NCBI GenBank assembly: GCA_038245785.1
Contig: JBBRSB010000006.1
Coordinates: 91,938-155,937 of the forward strand
Direction: 5' to 3'
Origin: Gloeobacterales cyanobacterium
Lineage (GTDB): Bacteria > Cyanobacteriota > Cyanobacteriia > Gloeobacterales > PMM-0068
Length of the DNA stretch: 64,000 nucleotides
Below the pieces are notes generated by a model. That model made no database searches and was not told the DNA's origin. It saw only the letters and a program-made list of their open reading frames with translations. Both the position numbers and the translations under genes were made by a program. Shown here in pieces: positions 22,166 to 32,795 of this stretch; within the stretch, counting starts at the first letter, position 1, and every line of letters starts with the position of its first letter.

Positions 22166-23353
22166 CTAGAGTCCCATGTCTAACAAACCCTGGCCTAAGC
22201 GTTCTGCTTCTGCAAAATTACCCTGTTCATGATGAAGGATAATCGCCCGTTGCAGAGCAGCTTTACAGTCAGCAATTTCACCAACTTTCAGAAAAACAAC
22301 GCCTATATTTTGGTAGGCTTCTGCATAATTTGGATTCAGATTGATCGCTCGGCGGTAGGCCTCAATCGCTTCCATCCAGCGGTTCGAGGCTTTCAAAACC
22401 ATGCCTAAATGGCAATAGCCCATCGCAAAAGTGGGATCAATTTCCACGGCGGTCTGGTAGGCAAGAATAGCGCTAGGAAAATCCTTCCGCTCTCTTAGTA
22501 GATTCCCTAAATTGTTGTAGGCTCCGATTTGAAGAATGGGCAAGATCGGTTGCTCGATCGCTTCTTGGTAATGGAATTCTGCTTTTCTGGGATTCTTGAG
22601 ACGGGTGTAGGCAAGTCCCAGATGATAGTGCAGCTCATACAAAATCGCAGGATTGGCCTGATTGGACTGCAGTCCGAGTTCCAATAAGGCTCTGCCTCGG
22701 TCTGGCTCACCCTCTTCCAGATACAAAGCTCCCAATTTGCTACAGGCATAGGGTTCGTCTGGATGAGTAGTCAAAAACGATTCCATCGCTGCTTTTGCTG
22801 TGGCGAATTTATTGCGCTCGGCAATTACGCTGGCCCTATAGCCATCGTGTCGAATAGCCACATCTTGCAAAGAGCCAATCTGCCAGTGGGGTTCCTGGAT
22901 CAGAAGTTTTTCCACACTTTCATCAATCATGGCGTGGTAGGGCCGGGAGTAATAGATTCCCGGATGCCTGCGAAAGAGCCGTGATACCAGCGAATAGGGA
23001 GATTGGGCCGCTCCAAGTTCTTGACAGACCAGATTAAATGCCAGGTACTCTTCCTTCTGAATCAATTGTCTAAGGAGAGGCACTACCTCTGGCACCAAAA
23101 CTTCGTCGGCATCCAGCACAAGAACCCAGTCTCCCTGGACATATTTCAACGATTGATTGCGGGCTATAGAAAAGTTATTAGGCCATTTAAAGTGGTGAAC
23201 CTTGGCACCAAATTCCTGAGCAATCTCAGGAGTTCGGTCTGTGGAGCCCGTATCCATGATCACGAGTTCATCCACAGCCTCGCGTACGCTAGCTAAGCAG
23301 CGGGGTAGATTGGTTTCTTCATTTTTGACAATCATGCACAGGCTGAGCTTCAT
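22166..23353 (-). CDS. GT2 glycosyltransferase with TPR repeats
   Basis: LSLCMIVKNEE, DTGSTDRT, WVLVLDADE, TPR repeats. Confidence 0.9.
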   Translation of the reverse strand: MKLSLCMIVKNEETNLPRCLASVREAVDELVIMDTGSTDRTPEIAQEFGAKVHHFKWPNNFSIARNQSLKYVQGDWVLVLDADEVLVPEVVPLLRQLIQKEEYLAFNLVCQELGAAQSPYSLVSRLFRRHPGIYYSRPYHAMIDESVEKLLIQEPHWQIGSLQDVAIRHDGYRASVIAERNKFATAKAAMESFLTTHPDEPYACSKLGALYLEEGEPDRGRALLELGLQSNQANPAILYELHYHLGLAYTRLKNPRKAEFHYQEAIEQPILPILQIGAYNNLGNLLRERKDFPSAILAYQTAVEIDPTFAMGYCHLGMVLKASNRWMEAIEAYRRAINLNPNYAEAYQNIGVVFLKVGEIADCKAALQRAIILHHEQGNFAEAERLGQGLLDMGL

Positions 23354-23401
23354 GGCGGTAGATTACATAGGTCTGGACTTCATTGAACCTTACTACACCC
23401 T

Positions 23402-24481
23402 ATGGATGTAACCGAAAAAGTAAACACTCCTTATTCGTCCCATTTTCGCCAACCGGCAGAATGGGAGCCACATCAGGCCTGCTGGTTGGCCTGGCCGAGT
23501 CATGAAGACCTTTGGCTGGAGGATTTAGAAGCCGCTCGTACAGAATTTGTGGGCCTATGTCGGGCGATTACAGAACAAGGCGGCGAAACGCTAGAAATCC
23601 TAGTCCCGAATCAGGCACAGCAAGCTTTAGCGAGTGAAGCGCTGAAGGGTCTTCCCGTTATCTTTCACCGGATTCCCTTTGGCGATATTTGGCTAAGAGA
23701 TACCGCCCCGATCTTTCTGATCAATCCTCAAGGAGCCATAGCCACCGTCCGTTTTCGCTTCAACGGCTGGGGCGAAAAGTATGTCCTACCCAATGATGCT
23801 CAGGTCGCTGCCCAAATTGCGGAGATTGTAGAACAGTCGAAACAGTCGAAACAGTCCGGCGGTATAGCCTTTAGCTTCCCTTGGGTCTTAGAGGGAGGCT
23901 CTGTCGAAGTAGATGGGCAAGGAACCTGTTTGACAACCCGTCAGTGTTTGTTAAACCCCAACCGCAATCCATCCATGACTCAGGATGCCGTAGAAGAGGG
24001 ATTGCGGGAGGCGTTAGGTATTGAAAAGGTCCTCTGGTTGGAAGAAGGACTGCTAAATGACCATACAGACGGTCATATTGATACCCTGGCCCGCTTTGTC
24101 GCCCCTGGGATCGTGATTTGTATGGAGGCACGGGATCAAGAAGACCCTAACCGGGCCGTTTTAGAGAAAATTGCCCAGGATTTAGCCTCTTTTACCGATG
24201 CTCAGGGGCGTTCTCTAAAAGTAGTACGCATTCCTTCTCCGGGTAAAATCCTCAATCAAGCGCAAGAGGTGATGCCTGCGAGCTATGTCAATTTCTACAT
24301 TGGCAACCGCACCGTCGTTGTCCCCACCTATTGCACTCCCTATGATGCGGAAGCCGGCACCCTTATCAGTCAGTGCTTTCCTGACCACCGGACCCTAGGG
24401 CTATCGGCTAAAGCTATCCTTAGAGGGGGAGGTGCTTTTCACTGCATCACCCAGCAACAACCGATCTCTGTCTCAAAATGA
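23402..24481 (+). CDS. aguA: Agmatine deiminase
   Basis: PAEWEPH, DIWLRDTAP, DHTDGHID, GGGAFHCITQQQP. Confidence 0.93.
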   Translation: MDVTEKVNTPYSSHFRQPAEWEPHQACWLAWPSHEDLWLEDLEAARTEFVGLCRAITEQGGETLEILVPNQAQQALASEALKGLPVIFHRIPFGDIWLRDTAPIFLINPQGAIATVRFRFNGWGEKYVLPNDAQVAAQIAEIVEQSKQSKQSGGIAFSFPWVLEGGSVEVDGQGTCLTTRQCLLNPNRNPSMTQDAVEEGLREALGIEKVLWLEEGLLNDHTDGHIDTLARFVAPGIVICMEARDQEDPNRAVLEKIAQDLASFTDAQGRSLKVVRIPSPGKILNQAQEVMPASYVNFYIGNRTVVVPTYCTPYDAEAGTLISQCFPDHRTLGLSAKAILRGGGAFHCITQQQPISVSK

Positions 24482-25338
24482 ACGCTCGTCCTTCCGAATT
24501 GTTTACCGTAGCAGCCCTCCAAACTTCTTTCACAGAGGATATAGCCAGCAACGTCGCTAAGGTGACGGACCTGGTGCGCAAAGCCGCCTTTCAGGGAGCA
24601 CAGGTGATTTTGCCTTCCGAGCTTTTTGAAGGGCCATACTTCTGCCGAGAAGAACGGGATGAATTTTTTGATTGGGCCAAACCGCTCACGGAACATCCGA
24701 CGATTAGACACTTCCAGCAATTGGCGCAGGAGTTGGAAGTCGTGATTCCTGTTTCTTTCTTTGAAAAAGCTGGACAGAACTACTACAACAGCATTGCTAT
24801 TGTCGATGCTGACGGTGCGCTCCTGGGGACCTATCGCAAGAGTCATATTCCAGATGGTCCCGGCTATGAAGAGAAGTTTTACTTTCGGCCCGGCAACACA
24901 GGCTTCAAGATATGGCCTACCCGATTTGGCACGTTAGGAGTAGGGATTTGCTGGGACCAATGGTTTCCTGAGTGTGCACGAGCCATGGTGCTCCTGGGCG
25001 CCGATATCCTGCTCTATCCCACGGCCATTGGCTCTGAACCGCAAACGCCGGACTTGGATACGAAAGACCCCTGGCAACGCGTCATGATCGGTCATGCCGT
25101 TGCGAATGTGATTCCCGTTGTAGCGGCGAATCGGATAGGAACCGAAGGAGAACAGACCTTCTACGGACATTCTTTTATAGCCAATCAGCGTGGAGATAAA
25201 GTCGCGGAATTGGGCAGAGCCGAGGAAGGAGTGGTTTGTGCCGCTTTTGACTTGGCTGAAATCCGGCGCAACCGGGCTTCATTTGGCTTCTTTCGAGACC
25301 GTCGACCAGAGCTTTATGGGACGTTAACGGCTCCTTAA
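24478..25338 (+). CDS. aguB: N-carbamoylputrescine amidase
   Basis: YRKSHIPDGPGYEEKFYF, GICWDQWFPE, YPTAIGSEP, FFRDRRP. Confidence 0.93.
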   Translation: MNARPSELFTVAALQTSFTEDIASNVAKVTDLVRKAAFQGAQVILPSELFEGPYFCREERDEFFDWAKPLTEHPTIRHFQQLAQELEVVIPVSFFEKAGQNYYNSIAIVDADGALLGTYRKSHIPDGPGYEEKFYFRPGNTGFKIWPTRFGTLGVGICWDQWFPECARAMVLLGADILLYPTAIGSEPQTPDLDTKDPWQRVMIGHAVANVIPVVAANRIGTEGEQTFYGHSFIANQRGDKVAELGRAEEGVVCAAFDLAEIRRNRASFGFFRDRRPELYGTLTAP

Positions 25339-25570
25339 TTCTTATTCAATACTGCATTTTTCAGGAATTCCCGAGTTGTGCCACTGAGTTTGGGGAACAT
25401 TTAGTTGTGTGAAGAGTCCTAAATATTCACAACACCTTCTATCTATCCGCTGGTTAATACCCAGGTGCGTTCCTGGACTTATTCCGGAAAATACAGGCCC
25501 TGGTCAAGAATTTGTGAGGAGAGTTTATGCCTTTTGCTTCTATGCACATTAGTCAGTGGGGAGAAGTTTT

Positions 25571-27478
25571 ATGCTGATTGACTTCGGTGGCTTGATTACC
25601 GCAGGTCTATTATTCGCAACCCTTGCTTTTGGTGCGTCTGTCCTTCTCGTAGTGCTACAGCGGAATTTTGATAATTCCCTCTTGGGCAAAACCGATACCT
25701 CCGGACTTTCAGCGCTGACTTTTATTGCGGTGCACATTGGGGCAGCACTGGCGACCTGGGCTCTCACAGATCAATCGGGGGACGTGTTCATCCCCTTGGT
25801 TCTGAGCTTGGTCGGAGGTGGCTTCGCCGCTCGTTCGCTGAAGAACTACACCATGGGCGGCCAGCTATTGTTGATCACCAATGTTCAGGTGATGGTATTT
25901 GGAGCTATTTGGGGCGGTTGGTTCGTTTCCACCATGCCCGTGAGTGATACGACCCGTACCCTAATGCTAATCAGTTACCCTTTATTTGTCCCGGCTTTCT
26001 TTGTCGGTTTATTCCAGACCGTAGAGCAGTGGGAAGTCCTCTGCCGCAAAATTTGGCTCCGTCCTCGCAAACCGCTTCCGGTTGGTCCTCGCTCCTACTA
26101 CCCCAAGGTTTCTCTCCATGTGCCTACCTGTTCTGAGCCCCCTGAATTGGTAATCGCGACCTTAGATACCCTGGCGAACTTGAACTATCCCAACTTTGAA
26201 GTCTTAGTCATTGATAACAACACGAAGGACCCTGATTTATGGCGTCCGATTGAAGCGCATTGCCGTAGACTTGGTAAGCGTTTCCGCTTCTTTCATCTGC
26301 AAGAGTGGCCGGGTGCCAAGGCTGGTGCCCTTAACTTTGCAATTACGAAAGTGGCTCCAGATGCAGAGCTTATTGCTGTTATTGATAGCGACTATCAAGC
26401 CGATCCCGATTTCCTGGCCTCTTTGGTAGGCTACTTTGATGACCCGAAGATGGGTTTTGTGCAAACGCCCCACGACTATCGAGAGTGGGAAGATAGCCCC
26501 TACTTACGCATGTGCTACTGGGAGTACAAGTGCTTCTTTGAAACCAAGATGGTTAGCCTCAATGAGCGGGATGCCGCTTTGACCGTAGGAACCATGTGCG
26601 TCCTGCGTCGCCAAGCCCTGGAAGAAGCTGGTGGCTGGGCGGAGTGGTGTGCTACTGAAGACTCAGAGTTGTCTATTCGCATTCATTCTCTAGGCTATTC
26701 TTCGGTCTACCTGCCCTTTACCTTTGGTCGGGGCCTGATTCCTGAGACTTTCTTCGGCTATAAGAAGCAGCGTTTTCGGTGGACGATTGGCCCTGTACAG
26801 GAACTCAAGCGCCATTTCCGCCTGTTCCTGCCCAAACCGCTGGCTCAGCCTTCTCAGTTCACAGTGGCTCAGAAGATTCACCATCTCTGCCATGGCCTAG
26901 GCCACCTAAATATAGGTTTGCGATTCCTGCTCATCCCGGTCAGCTTTGGGATTGTGGCCTCCATGCTGATCCATCGTGAAGTGGTCAATGTCCCCCTAGT
27001 CCTCTGGGTCTCTGCTTCCACTTCCTTGATGGCGGGAGCCGCTCACTGGTGGATGGTCTATCGGGGCGTGATGGGCTGCTCATGGAGAGATATGTTCGGC
27101 GCCTTGCTTGCTGGTAGAGCCCTCAGTCATACGGTTGCCATTGCCAGTTTCTGGGGCGTCTTCACCCGCGAAATTCCCTGGTTCCGGACCAATAAGTTCA
27201 AAGCCTTGCCTGGAGGTTTGGAAGCCCTGAGTTCTGCTCGCGTAGAAATCGCCTTGGGTATCTCTACCCTCGCTTTTGCGATCGCCGCTTCCAATATCCT
27301 GCCTGGCCCAGGATTGCACTTCATGCTGATCATCGGAGCGTTCTATCAGAGTCTGGATTACTTCATGGCTCCTGCTTTAGCACTCTTGGCCGAACGAGAT
27401 GTGCGGATACGCCAGCTGGCTACAGAGACAATGGCAAAATCTGTAAAACAGTTGGTCAGTGGTGTAGCGGCTGAGTGA
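25571..27478 (+). CDS. Membrane processive GT2 glycosyltransferase (cellulose-synthase-like / NdvB-like beta-glucan synthase)
   Basis: DNNTKD, KAGALN, DSDY, QTPHDY, TEDSEL, QRFRW (QxxRW) motifs; multiple TMs. Confidence 0.85.
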   Translation: MLIDFGGLITAGLLFATLAFGASVLLVVLQRNFDNSLLGKTDTSGLSALTFIAVHIGAALATWALTDQSGDVFIPLVLSLVGGGFAARSLKNYTMGGQLLLITNVQVMVFGAIWGGWFVSTMPVSDTTRTLMLISYPLFVPAFFVGLFQTVEQWEVLCRKIWLRPRKPLPVGPRSYYPKVSLHVPTCSEPPELVIATLDTLANLNYPNFEVLVIDNNTKDPDLWRPIEAHCRRLGKRFRFFHLQEWPGAKAGALNFAITKVAPDAELIAVIDSDYQADPDFLASLVGYFDDPKMGFVQTPHDYREWEDSPYLRMCYWEYKCFFETKMVSLNERDAALTVGTMCVLRRQALEEAGGWAEWCATEDSELSIRIHSLGYSSVYLPFTFGRGLIPETFFGYKKQRFRWTIGPVQELKRHFRLFLPKPLAQPSQFTVAQKIHHLCHGLGHLNIGLRFLLIPVSFGIVASMLIHREVVNVPLVLWVSASTSLMAGAAHWWMVYRGVMGCSWRDMFGALLAGRALSHTVAIASFWGVFTREIPWFRTNKFKALPGGLEALSSARVEIALGISTLAFAIAASNILPGPGLHFMLIIGAFYQSLDYFMAPALALLAERDVRIRQLATETMAKSVKQLVSGVAAE

Positions 27479-27506
27479 TAGATAAGTAACCTGCTGATAA
27501 CTTTGG

Positions 27507-27536
27507 AGAGACGTTTAGATAACGTCTCTTTTTTTT
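27507..27536 (+). terminator. Intrinsic terminator
   Basis: AGAGACGTT-tagat-AACGTCTCT followed by a T-tract. Confidence 0.75.
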
Positions 27537-27640
27537 GAGGATTTTTCGGCCCTTAGATGAGAATTTCAGGCCCGACACAGTCATTTTTAATTACATATAA
27601 AAGCCAACTAAATTTATCGAAGGATCGAAAGATCGTTCAA

Positions 27641-27668
27641 TTGACATTCAGTAGTCCCTCAGTATAAT
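27641..27668 (+). promoter_or_regulatory. Consensus sigma70 promoter upstream of EACC1-caspase pair
   Basis: TTGACA-N16-TATAAT, both hexamers exact consensus. Confidence 0.65.
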
Positions 27669-27850
27669 AATGCTGAGATATCTACGCATTAAACCGGATG
27701 TCTAACCCAATGTACATTCCTGGATCTATAGCAACAGAGATTCTTCTATGTGCATCCCTCATGTTTTCCTGAATGTACACAAACTCTTCTCGATTTAGAC
27801 AGCACCGATTATGTTTATCCTGCTAACTTTTCCCTTATCTACAAAATTCT

Positions 27851-28231
27851 ATGACAAGCACACCTGGCGTTCAGATCACTATCGACTGTAGAAATCCTGA
27901 TTTAGATGATGAAGAGCTGGAAAAGTTAACCCAAAGCCTTCGGGATGGAATGCTTGACTTAGACGAAGTAACGGACGTTAAGCGCGTGCTTGATCCCAAT
28001 CCACCCAAAGGGAATAAAGCACTGGGTGCTGTTTTAATTGGCCTGTTAACAACCGAGGTAAATATAAACAGTATTAAGGTGCTGTTTGGATTTCTGGCCG
28101 ACCGCTTGGGGAACAAACCGATTTCCATGGAAGTAGAAGCCAACGGCAAGAAACTCAAAGTGACAGCCAACAGTCGGCAAGAGTTGTTAGCGGCAGTTCA
28201 GACTGCCCAGCAATTTGTAGCATCCATCTAG
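27851..28231 (+). CDS. EACC1-like (effector-associated constant component) small protein
   Basis: DDEELEKLTQSLRDGMLDL...PPKGNKA, hydrophobic hairpin, ISMEVEANGKKLKV; directly upstream of a caspase. Confidence 0.7.
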   Translation: MTSTPGVQITIDCRNPDLDDEELEKLTQSLRDGMLDLDEVTDVKRVLDPNPPKGNKALGAVLIGLLTTEVNINSIKVLFGFLADRLGNKPISMEVEANGKKLKVTANSRQELLAAVQTAQQFVASI

Positions 28232-28241
28232 GAGTTCACAA

Positions 28242-31118
28242 ATGGCAAAGATGGCCTTGCTGATTGGCGTCAGTGAGTATGAGCTTGGACTAAATCCTTT
28301 ACCTGCAGCAGTTAAGGATCTAGATGCCCTGCAAGAAGTGTTAATTCATCCCAATATTGGTGAATTTGCAGCATCAGATGTAACTTTGCTCAAGAATCCT
28401 GATCGCCAGGTTATGGAAGAGGCAATTTATACCCTGTTCGCGGGTCGCCAGAAAGATGATCTGTTGCTTTTTTTCTTCTCAGGGCATGGTATCAAGGACG
28501 ATAATGGGACCCTTTACCTGGCAACGCGCGGTACGCGCAAAGCACCTCAAGGAGAGCTCATTATTCCCACAGCAGTCTCTGCCAATTTTGTCCACGACAG
28601 AATGGATTGCAGTCGCTCAAAGCGGCAGATTGTGATTTTAGATAGTTGTTTTAGTGGTGCTTTCGCAGAAGGAATGTCTGCCAAGAACGACGGCAACGTT
28701 GATATTCGCAATCAGCTAGGGGGTGAAGGAAGAGCGGTACTGACATCCTCCAGTTCAACGCAATACTCTTTTGAACAGGAAGGAGAAGAGTTATCGCTTT
28801 ATTCCCGTTTCTTGATTGAGGGGATCAAAACGGGAGAAGCCGATCTCGATGGAGATGAAGTTGTTTCCATCGACGAACTGCACGAATACGCCAGCAGAAA
28901 AGTACGTGAAGTGAAGCCAGAACTGAATCCAGAAATTTATGCTTTTCGAGAGGGCTTCAAAATCCGCCTAACGAAAGTTCCACCGGGTGATCCGCTCAAA
29001 AAGTATCGCAAAGAGGTTGCCCGGTTCATTAATCGGGGCGAAATCTCTTTTGTAGGACGTAAAACGCTGGATGTTTTTAGGACTCGTTTGGGACTCAAAG
29101 CAGCGACAGCAGAAGGGATTGAGGATGAGGTTCTAGAACCTTACCGCAATGATTTTCGTAACAAGCTTCAGCAGTATGAGCAAGTTTTTAGAGCGTTAAG
29201 CGAGCGTGAAGAGCCCATTGACGAAAGGGATCACGTCGATCTGCAAAACCTGCAACAGATCTTAGGACTGAGGAATGAAGATACCGTACCCATTGAGGTG
29301 CGTGTAGTAGCTGCTCTGAAGGCTCAAAAACAAAATCTACAAGCCTACGAACAAGCCTTGGGAGACGCACTGCGGCAAACCTATCCCTTGAGCAAAATGC
29401 AACAGCGCAAGTTTCAGCAGATGCAGCAACAGATGGAATTGACCGATGCAGAGATAAATACCATCACCGTTCGTGTCACAGCAGAGGTAGAAACGTATCG
29501 ACAGCACGCGCAGCAGTATGAGCAGCAGTTTGCTAGCGCAGTACAGCAGCAGTACCCCTTGAGCGATCAGCAACAGATAGAGCTTCAGTTGTATAAGCAA
29601 AGCCTGAGCTTATCGGAAGTGGATATTGCGCCTATTGAGGCCAAGATCACATCGGAGATTAAAACCTATCACCAGAAAGTCCGAAATTACAAAGACGCCT
29701 TTGTTCAAGCGACCCAAAACAAACATCACCCCAATGAGGTGATTCATCAGCAATTGCAGCAAACCTGGCAAACCCTGGGCTTGGTTAAAACTGATGTCCA
29801 AAGCGTTGAAGCTCCTATCCTCGCTCAAATTGAAAAGCACCAGTCAAACATGCATCAGTATGAGCAGGAGTTTACAGAGGCTACACAACAGCAATACCCA
29901 TTACTAGAAGAAAAGCGACTGAGCCTGCAGCAGCGCCAGCAGCAATTAGATCTGAGCAATGAGGATATTGAACCGCTCCAAACCAGAATTACGGCGGATC
30001 TTGAGGAACATCTGCAAAAACTTAAGCAGTACAAGCAGGTCCTGAGCGCAGCTATCCAGTTTGAATATCCCTTTAATGAACCTACCCGCGAGGAAATTAG
30101 ACGCTTCCAACAGGTATTAGAACTGAGTAATAAGGATGCTGCACGGATCGAAGAGCAAATTTTAGCCAATCAAGGGCTTAAGCCTCCCGTCGACAAGCCA
30201 ATGGCTGAACCACCATTCAAGTCTGAATTTGCAGGCTTGTTTCCTCAAAGTGAGCTGACAGCAGTAGACAGCTTTTTAGCACCACCACCTGAACAGTTTT
30301 TAACTCCAGAGCCACTACCGCTTGCAGTATCTAAGGGACAGCTAGGACAGATGCAAATGCAATCAGAGCAAGTCATTGCAGCACCTAAAGAACAACTTAG
30401 AGATGCAATGAGAAAACCCTTGTTAGGGCCAATATCTAAATCGAGGTCTAAATATCACTCGGTGCCAACCATGATATTTACAGGAGCAGGTATCGCGATC
30501 TTCGCAATGGTGGGCACTGCCTTTTGGCTAAGAAACAGGCCTGCTCAGCCCTCAATCCTGACTATTTCTAGTAATGCTCAGGTAACCCTTGCTAACGCAC
30601 AGCAACAAGCGAAGGAGGGCAAATTGAAGCAAGCAATTACAACAGCATCTAAAGTTCCAGAGAATGATCCTGCCATTAAAGAAGCAAAAAAGTTGGTTGA
30701 TCAAAGTTCAGAAATTCTAATTCAACAAGCAACTAAGCAATATGAGACAGGAAAATTGAACAAGGCCATTGATATCGCTAAGTCAATTCCTGCAGATAGC
30801 ATTACAGGAAAAAAGGCACAGCAGTTAATTACTCAATGGAAGAAAAAACGGGCGTCTAATATTGTTAGAAGGAGGAAAGAACAGAAAGCAAAGGAGCAAA
30901 AAGAATGGCAAGAGGAAAACCCTCCGGAGCATGAATCAACTATTCCTAGCTATCATACGAGATATTCACCGAAGAGGTCACAACAAAGACAAAATTTACC
31001 ATCACAAACAGAGCAGGTTCAACCACCAAGACAACAAGGAAACCCACCTAAAAGCTCAAGTTCTTGCAGCACACCACAACTCTCGTTAGAGGAGGCTGTT
31101 CGTCTGGGATGTTCATAA
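28242..31118 (+). CDS. Caspase-like (peptidase C14) protein with ~57-aa helical repeats, a TM helix and an extracytoplasmic helical domain
   Basis: ALLIGVSEY, FSGHG and LDSCFSG catalytic dyad, repeated YEQ..QQYPL..L..Q..L.L..D units, TM MIFTGAGIAIFAMVGTAFWL. Confidence 0.85.
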   Translation: MAKMALLIGVSEYELGLNPLPAAVKDLDALQEVLIHPNIGEFAASDVTLLKNPDRQVMEEAIYTLFAGRQKDDLLLFFFSGHGIKDDNGTLYLATRGTRKAPQGELIIPTAVSANFVHDRMDCSRSKRQIVILDSCFSGAFAEGMSAKNDGNVDIRNQLGGEGRAVLTSSSSTQYSFEQEGEELSLYSRFLIEGIKTGEADLDGDEVVSIDELHEYASRKVREVKPELNPEIYAFREGFKIRLTKVPPGDPLKKYRKEVARFINRGEISFVGRKTLDVFRTRLGLKAATAEGIEDEVLEPYRNDFRNKLQQYEQVFRALSEREEPIDERDHVDLQNLQQILGLRNEDTVPIEVRVVAALKAQKQNLQAYEQALGDALRQTYPLSKMQQRKFQQMQQQMELTDAEINTITVRVTAEVETYRQHAQQYEQQFASAVQQQYPLSDQQQIELQLYKQSLSLSEVDIAPIEAKITSEIKTYHQKVRNYKDAFVQATQNKHHPNEVIHQQLQQTWQTLGLVKTDVQSVEAPILAQIEKHQSNMHQYEQEFTEATQQQYPLLEEKRLSLQQRQQQLDLSNEDIEPLQTRITADLEEHLQKLKQYKQVLSAAIQFEYPFNEPTREEIRRFQQVLELSNKDAARIEEQILANQGLKPPVDKPMAEPPFKSEFAGLFPQSELTAVDSFLAPPPEQFLTPEPLPLAVSKGQLGQMQMQSEQVIAAPKEQLRDAMRKPLLGPISKSRSKYHSVPTMIFTGAGIAIFAMVGTAFWLRNRPAQPSILTISSNAQVTLANAQQQAKEGKLKQAITTASKVPENDPAIKEAKKLVDQSSEILIQQATKQYETGKLNKAIDIAKSIPADSITGKKAQQLITQWKKKRASNIVRRRKEQKAKEQKEWQEENPPEHESTIPSYHTRYSPKRSQQRQNLPSQTEQVQPPRQQGNPPKSSSSCSTPQLSLEEAVRLGCS

Positions 31119-31197
31119 CATGCTTGCTGTTAAGTATTGATTAGCGATAAAGGATAATTTTTGGATAGAAAATAATCAATTAATACAGGATGAGACA

Positions 31198-32535
31198 TTG
31201 CATATGAAACGAGGTATTATTCCGTTAACATTTTCTCTTTCCATTTTAAGCGCGATTATAATCCTGAGCAGTACAGAAACTAAAGCGGCTCAAGAAACCA
31301 AGGAAAAATTAAACAGTTATGAACTGCATCAATCTGCCCAAACAGATAGACAAAAACCATTAGAAAGCTTCAATCAAGTACCTATGCGAATTGCTCAAAC
31401 GATCGAAGGGCGTGTCTATAAACAGGCTCAATCTCCGGTAAAAAGTATTTCTGCTCTTAAAGACGTCCATTCTAATGCAGAGTATTTTCAAGAACTCAAA
31501 TCTCTGATTGAGCAATATAGTATAAGTATTCATCCATTTAGTGACGAGACTTTTAGAGGCGAATTGCCCATGACCCGAGCTGAGGCTATCGATTGGCTTG
31601 GCTCAGCTTTGGATAAAATGTACTCCATGGGAGAGTCAGCGTGCCTTGTTCTTCATCGACCAGCAGAAGTTCCAGCCCCAGCAGATATTGATCAAAAAGC
31701 ATATTATTATGAGTCCTACAAGACTCTTCTGAGAGGACTTCCAGAAGCAGTTAAAGAGAAACGTTTAGTCTATGGAATCGAGAAAGAAGAAAGAAAATTC
31801 AATGGAAACAATGCTCTAACCAATGCAGATACTGCAGTAATTCTAAATCGCTATTTTCTTAGAGCTTTAGAAAGATTTTTAACCTTGCCTGTTTCATCTA
31901 ATCCAGATAGAGCATTGCTGATTGCCAGTACACACTTAAGCCCTACGCACAAAGAACCTCTTCTAATTACTCAGATTGCTTCCATTTCTGAGATTACAGA
32001 TGTTTCTAAGTCTGAATGGTACTATGGCGATGTTAAGGAAGTAGTAGAACGTTGGAATCTCATTGATACACCAGATCATAAGTTTCGTCCTAATCAAGTA
32101 ACTACGCGGGCAGAGTTTGTTCTAGTCTTAAGTATTGCTTTAGAGCGAGCTAAAGAATTAGTCTCTAAAGCAAATGCTCAATGTTCAGCTAAAACTCCTG
32201 CAACAGAATCAGTTGACAATTTAAAAATCTCAGTTCCTATTAGCTTTGCTTTCAAAACAGCACAAGCCTACAGCCTATGCGTAGAAGATATTCTGCAACT
32301 CCGTCTGGACCGACAAAATTTTCAGAAAAACGGCAGAACCAGTGATTGTTTGCCAGAAGTTTTTCAAAACTACTCAGCAAAAGGACTTTCTAAAAATCAA
32401 ACGCTTGAGCTACTTCAGGCAGCAAACACCTATGCAACAAAAGATCTTTCCATAAGGCTGTTTCCCCTACAAGGACAACGCTCTAGAATTCAACAGCTTT
32501 TTGGTTTTGCCTACGAGATAGATGCACCAAGGTAG
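31198..32535 (+). CDS. S-layer homology (SLH) domain secreted protein
   Basis: Signal peptide; SLH repeats TFRGELPMTRAE, FNGNNALTNAD, FRPNQVTTRAEF. Confidence 0.75.
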   Translation: MHMKRGIIPLTFSLSILSAIIILSSTETKAAQETKEKLNSYELHQSAQTDRQKPLESFNQVPMRIAQTIEGRVYKQAQSPVKSISALKDVHSNAEYFQELKSLIEQYSISIHPFSDETFRGELPMTRAEAIDWLGSALDKMYSMGESACLVLHRPAEVPAPADIDQKAYYYESYKTLLRGLPEAVKEKRLVYGIEKEERKFNGNNALTNADTAVILNRYFLRALERFLTLPVSSNPDRALLIASTHLSPTHKEPLLITQIASISEITDVSKSEWYYGDVKEVVERWNLIDTPDHKFRPNQVTTRAEFVLVLSIALERAKELVSKANAQCSAKTPATESVDNLKISVPISFAFKTAQAYSLCVEDILQLRLDRQNFQKNGRTSDCLPEVFQNYSAKGLSKNQTLELLQAANTYATKDLSIRLFPLQGQRSRIQQLFGFAYEIDAPR

Positions 32536-32795
32536 TATGACTAAAAAGTTACTTGGAACGTGGTCTCTGCAGCGATTACCTGGATGCATTACGCGTCCCT
32601 TGAGTCCTGACCGCGCTGCATGTACTCAACTACGCAACGCTTCGCTGGACCTCTTGCATAAAACAAGATTTTAAACGTAATTATGAAAGTTTCAGCTCTT
32701 AAAATGGCATTTTTGTAGGATTTCTGTTGATCTTAGTGTTGGAGTTTTCATATAAAAGTATGGTTATTTATATGGCTTTGCGCTAATGTTGGCTT

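Noticed and set aside
23832..23856. 9-bp tandem repeat (QSKQSKQS) in aguA
   Set aside because: In-frame slippage in a probable loop with no functional signal
31111..31137. TCATAAC...GTTAAGT after the caspase gene as a mini attC
   Set aside because: Too short and lacks L boxes; could be chance
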